Shown in pieces: positions 63,001 to 64,000 of a stretch of DNA of 64,000 bases (position 1 is the stretch's first letter; each line of letters opens with the position of its first letter). The notes beneath the pieces were generated by a model, which saw nothing but the letters and a program-made list of their open reading frames with translations, did not search any database and was not told the origin of the DNA. The stretch is taken from NCBI GenBank assembly GCA_965235115.1, contig OZ249436.1, positions 11,098,001 through 11,162,000 on the forward strand, written 5' to 3'. The translations under genes were made by a program, and so were the position numbers. This DNA is from Laetmonice hystrix. Its lineage: Eukaryota.

Positions 63001-63863
63001 AAGGTCTATGCTATCTCGGATGGACCACTGTTCATCATTACATAATGAAGTCAACAGCATTCCTAACTGTTTATAAAGATATTTGGTAAATTATGGCGAA
63101 TTTGAGACCTGAGTTCCATAAGTCACGCATGTCTGATTGACTGCTTCAGTAATAGCTTAGAAAATACACCGTAGGCCATCAGGTAGTGGTATGTGATAAT
63201 TTTTATATGATCTGTTTTTCAGCTGGGACAGTAAAAAAGGAGGGTCATCAATGTAAGTATAATGGCTTTTTACATTTGTTCATCTAAATAATAGATACAC
63301 TTCTACACATAGGTAACTGTTTCTAGATTACATCTGTATACAGAAAGACTTGGCCCAACTATCTGACATTGACATAGAAGTATACCGCGACAGTAGTACT
63401 AGTGATATCATATTAGTTAGCTGTCGTTATCAGATTATAGGGGACCAAGATTCAGAATTAGTTTTCCTCGATCTAATGTTTCTTAAAGCGCCTCTTGCTA
63501 TTTCTGTACAATTAATTCCCTTGATACATAATGCTGTCCTTCACCTTTTTTTGATTTTTTTTTTATAAGAATAAGTTTTTTAGTCTTTACACCTCTTCTA
63601 ATGGTCGTTTTAATTTGGCGGTTGCCTCGCCACCCATATTAATGTGGTACGTTGTGTATTACCTACAGCATCCATGCGGTTGTGTATGGGCTCAAGGCGT
63701 GGTTTCATTTGTCGTATGAAGATTGGTAACATGCCAGTCGACCCAATGACTCCAAGCCACACAGTCCGTATCCGAACCCGTAACACGCTGGGGCCGTCCT
63801 CGGACGGGCAGCAGTATGCTGTCGTACATGTCACTGGCTACATCAAGAACTGGCCGCCTTCTG
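15011..63863 (+). CDS. ARNT: ARNT / HIF-1beta (bHLH-PAS) gene, 5' part; spliced CDS join(15011-15053 [or alternative first exons],42782-42839,52147-52221,56471-56628 OR 57509-57666,61103-61182,62099-62191,62547-62664,63223-63252,63669-63863...), 3' incomplete
   Basis: Manual splicing gives one open frame: [236 protein letters not shown]...[15 protein letters not shown]. This matches the ARNT bHLH and PAS-A sequence as I recall it. All introns are GT-AG with matching phases. Confidence 0.97.
25740..25875 (+). repeat. Dispersed repeat, copy 1 (related to 46243-46396)
   Basis: Shares cacgtcaaatagattt(g/t)tgatatcattca and colinear upstream similarity (atgaa-ctttac...gggatgg-ct-gagg) with the copy at 46.3 kb; probably a non-autonomous element, family not determinable. 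Confidence 0.65.
28228..29241. repeat. Minisatellite, 35-bp unit x about 29 (gacgatggtcggagagggccatactgccgtccgta)
   Basis: Direct reading; explains the three overlapping 359-364 aa minus-strand ORFs with a 35-aa period. Confidence 0.98.
30723..30866. repeat. Tandem repeat, 48-bp unit x 3 (caggttttactgtgctttcccggataggtgtaagctggaattaccgtt)
   Basis: Units start at 30723, 30771 and 30819. Confidence 0.96.
33480..34380 (+). mobile_element. Decayed LINE reverse-transcriptase fragment
   Basis: Frameshifted peptides such as VTLHGL..LRLLG, SNHRW...[18 protein letters not shown] and FRPIED are colinear with LINE RT domain order as I recall it; many stops. Confidence 0.33.
34850..35627. promoter_or_regulatory. 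CpG/GC-rich promoter-like region with a pure polypurine tract (34939-34997) upstream of candidate exon 1b
   Basis: High CpG density against the AT-rich intron background; about 59 nt of only A and G; CCT-rich tract just before the ATG at 35628. Confidence 0.4.
35628..35703 (+). CDS. ARNT: ARNT candidate alternative first exon 1b ([25 protein letters not shown], phase 1)
   Basis: atcATGA context after a CpG/GC-rich, promoter-like stretch (about 34850-35620); 76 nt ending G|GTACTT; phase 1 fits exon 2. The donor is weak and there is no homology support. Confidence 0.4.
36993..37194 (+). CDS. ARNT: ARNT candidate alternative first exon 1c ([14 protein letters not shown]...PPSNTFSH, 67 aa His/Pro/Tyr/Gly-rich, phase 1)
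   Basis: In-frame TAA 9 nt upstream of the ATG; 202 nt of protein-like sequence ending G|GTAACT (similar to the GTAACG and GTAATG donors of the bHLH exons); phase 1 fits exon 2. Confidence 0.55.
38171..38796. repeat. Minisatellite, 51/48-bp unit x about 12-13 (ttaccgttgttaacctgtcattaggttcagatcgggttggcagggcagtgc)
   Basis: Direct reading; 48-bp variants lack one gtt; each unit carries an AACCT-N6-AGGTT hairpin; explains the 151-aa ORF. Confidence 0.97.
42782..42839 (+). CDS. ARNT: ARNT exon 2 ([18 protein letters not shown]; basic NLS-like KGRKRK)
   Basis: Very strong acceptor (ttttcttttctctctttttag) and donor GA|GTGAGT; 58 nt, phase 1 to 2, bridging the first exons to exon 3; basic cluster where ARNT has its N-terminal NLS. 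Confidence 0.82.
44570..44766. repeat. Tandem repeat, 31-bp unit x about 6 (cccccgcacactatacgactcgagtcataag)
   Basis: Direct reading; the unit contains the palindrome GACTCGAGTC. Confidence 0.96.
45620..45880 (+). mobile_element. Decayed RTE-like LINE fragment
   Basis: THGACLL...SDQC...[10 protein letters not shown]...NDNCKHEEL resembles the RTE post-RT consensus (VYxACVLSxLLYGxETW...AFxxRCLRxI..W.DxVxNEEV) as I recall it. Confidence 0.35.
46243..46396 (+). repeat. Dispersed repeat, copy 2 (related to 25740-25875)
   Basis: See copy 1; begins tttttagcccccaaccgaagggg and contains ccgtccgt motifs. Confidence 0.65.
48861..49759. repeat. Minisatellite, 39-bp unit x about 23 (ggattccacattggttgacgggcgggtgctctaggttca)
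   Basis: Direct reading; explains the [13 protein letters not shown] ORFs. Confidence 0.98.
51151..52067. repeat. Minisatellite, 54-bp unit x 17 (gtagactaagcacatctctgaggtccctgtaatccatgaatgctgtgacctgtg)
   Basis: Direct reading; explains the 357-aa and 306-aa minus-strand ORFs with an 18-aa period. Confidence 0.98.
52147..52221 (+). CDS. ARNT: ARNT exon 3 ([25 protein letters not shown])
   Basis: Acceptor tttcatctttcag and donor AG|GTAAGA; 75 nt, phase 2 to 2; SDDE...DKERLAR matches the segment just before the ARNT basic region. Confidence 0.92.
56041..56072 (+). promoter_or_regulatory. Intronic element complementary to bHLH exon 4a (putative splicing or editing RNA duplex arm)
   Basis: Its reverse complement tacataaacgGgctttgcgacatggtccccac matches exon 4a 56520-56551 tacataaacgAgctttgcgacatggtccccac at 31/32 positions. 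The match is certain; the function is inferred. Confidence 0.7.
56471..56628 (+). CDS. ARNT: ARNT bHLH exon 4a ([52 protein letters not shown])
   Basis: Acceptor tttccattgtag and donor G|GTAACG; 158 nt, phase 2 to 1; canonical ARNT-type bHLH. Confidence 0.96.
57509..57666 (+). CDS. ARNT: ARNT duplicated bHLH exon 4b ([52 protein letters not shown]), putative mutually exclusive alternative
   Basis: Acceptor ctgttttcctcttgtag, branch-like gctgac at about 57473, donor G|GTAATG; same length (158 nt) and phases as 4a; intact frame; many synonymous differences. Confidence 0.88.
59700..60070 (-). mobile_element. Decayed RTE-clade LINE fragment (end of RT)
   Basis: VNGSEIEA-V...[25 protein letters not shown]...TWKQIK...[16 protein letters not shown] resembles the RTE consensus (NGxEIExVxxFxYLGS..GxSxxEI..RI..AxxAF..IWK...YxTLVxxVLLYGxETW) with frameshifts. 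Confidence 0.5.
61103..61182 (+). CDS. ARNT: ARNT exon 5 ([27 protein letters not shown])
   Basis: ttag acceptor and GAG|GTAAGT donor; 80 nt, phase 1 to 0; essentially identical to the ARNT bHLH-PAS linker. Confidence 0.97.
62099..62191 (+). CDS. ARNT: ARNT exon 6 ([31 protein letters not shown]), PAS-A start
   Basis: tttttgtttgcag acceptor and CAG|GTGGGT donor; 93 nt, phase 0 to 0. Confidence 0.97.
62547..62664 (+). CDS. ARNT: ARNT exon 7 ([39 protein letters not shown]), PAS-A
   Basis: cttgtttttcag acceptor and A|GTGAGT donor; 118 nt, phase 0 to 1; contains the PAS HPDD motif. Confidence 0.97.
63223..63252 (+). CDS. ARNT: ARNT exon 8, 30-nt micro-exon ([10 protein letters not shown])
   Basis: tctgtttttcag acceptor and T|GTAAGT donor; phase 1 to 1; matches ARNT TGTVKKEG. 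Confidence 0.94.
63669..63863 (+). CDS. ARNT: ARNT exon 9 ([18 protein letters not shown]...[14 protein letters not shown]), end of PAS-A
   Basis: cctacag acceptor and G|GTATGA donor; 195 nt, phase 1 to 1; matches ARNT MGSRRxFICRM and VVHxTGYIKxWPP. Confidence 0.96.
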
Positions 63864-64000
63864 GTATGAGTGAGTTTGATTTTATCATTACCAAATGTAA
63901 CAAGAAAGTCAGCATTTCGCACTTGGATTGACAGTTCACTTCTAAAAATGACCTCAGGCAAAAGAAAGACGAAAGAACAGTTACACTCTAACTTTTTATA

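Noticed and set aside
1-64000. CACGTG E-boxes as evidence of ARNT autoregulation, and long poly-G/poly-C runs as G-quadruplexes
   Set aside because: The E-boxes are scattered with no evident clustering; the homopolymer runs are widespread, often inside short repeat elements, and their lengths may be sequencing-dependent.

Overview
Eukaryotic (metazoan, probably invertebrate; a lophotrochozoan is my inference) genomic DNA. Most of the window is the 5' part of one large plus-strand gene, ARNT/HIF-1beta (tango orthologue, bHLH-PAS class II). I could join its coding exons by hand with consistent phases and GT-AG sites from a first exon at 15011 through the NLS, bHLH and PAS-A regions to 63863; PAS-B and the C-terminus lie beyond the window. 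The main finding is that the whole bHLH exon is tandemly duplicated: 4a (56471-56628) and 4b (57509-57666) are both 158 nt, phase 2 to 1, 41/52 aa identical. Including both or neither gives a premature stop, so they look like mutually exclusive bHLH exons. About 450 nt upstream, a 32-nt intronic element (56041-56072) is the reverse complement of the 4a exon interior at 31/32 positions; the single mismatch is an A:C pair. It can also pair with the same segment of 4b through G-U wobbles. Further stems could mask the 4a branch point and fold the 4a-4b intron. Together this suggests an RNA-structure-controlled (possibly ADAR-edited) bHLH switch. Also present: three candidate phase-1 alternative first exons, a possible head-to-head gene at 14.85 kb that I could not identify, six intronic minisatellite arrays (31, 35, 39, 48, 51 and 54 bp units) that explain all the long ORFs in the track, several decayed LINE fragments and MITE-like elements. 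I found no rRNA, tRNA or CRISPR array.
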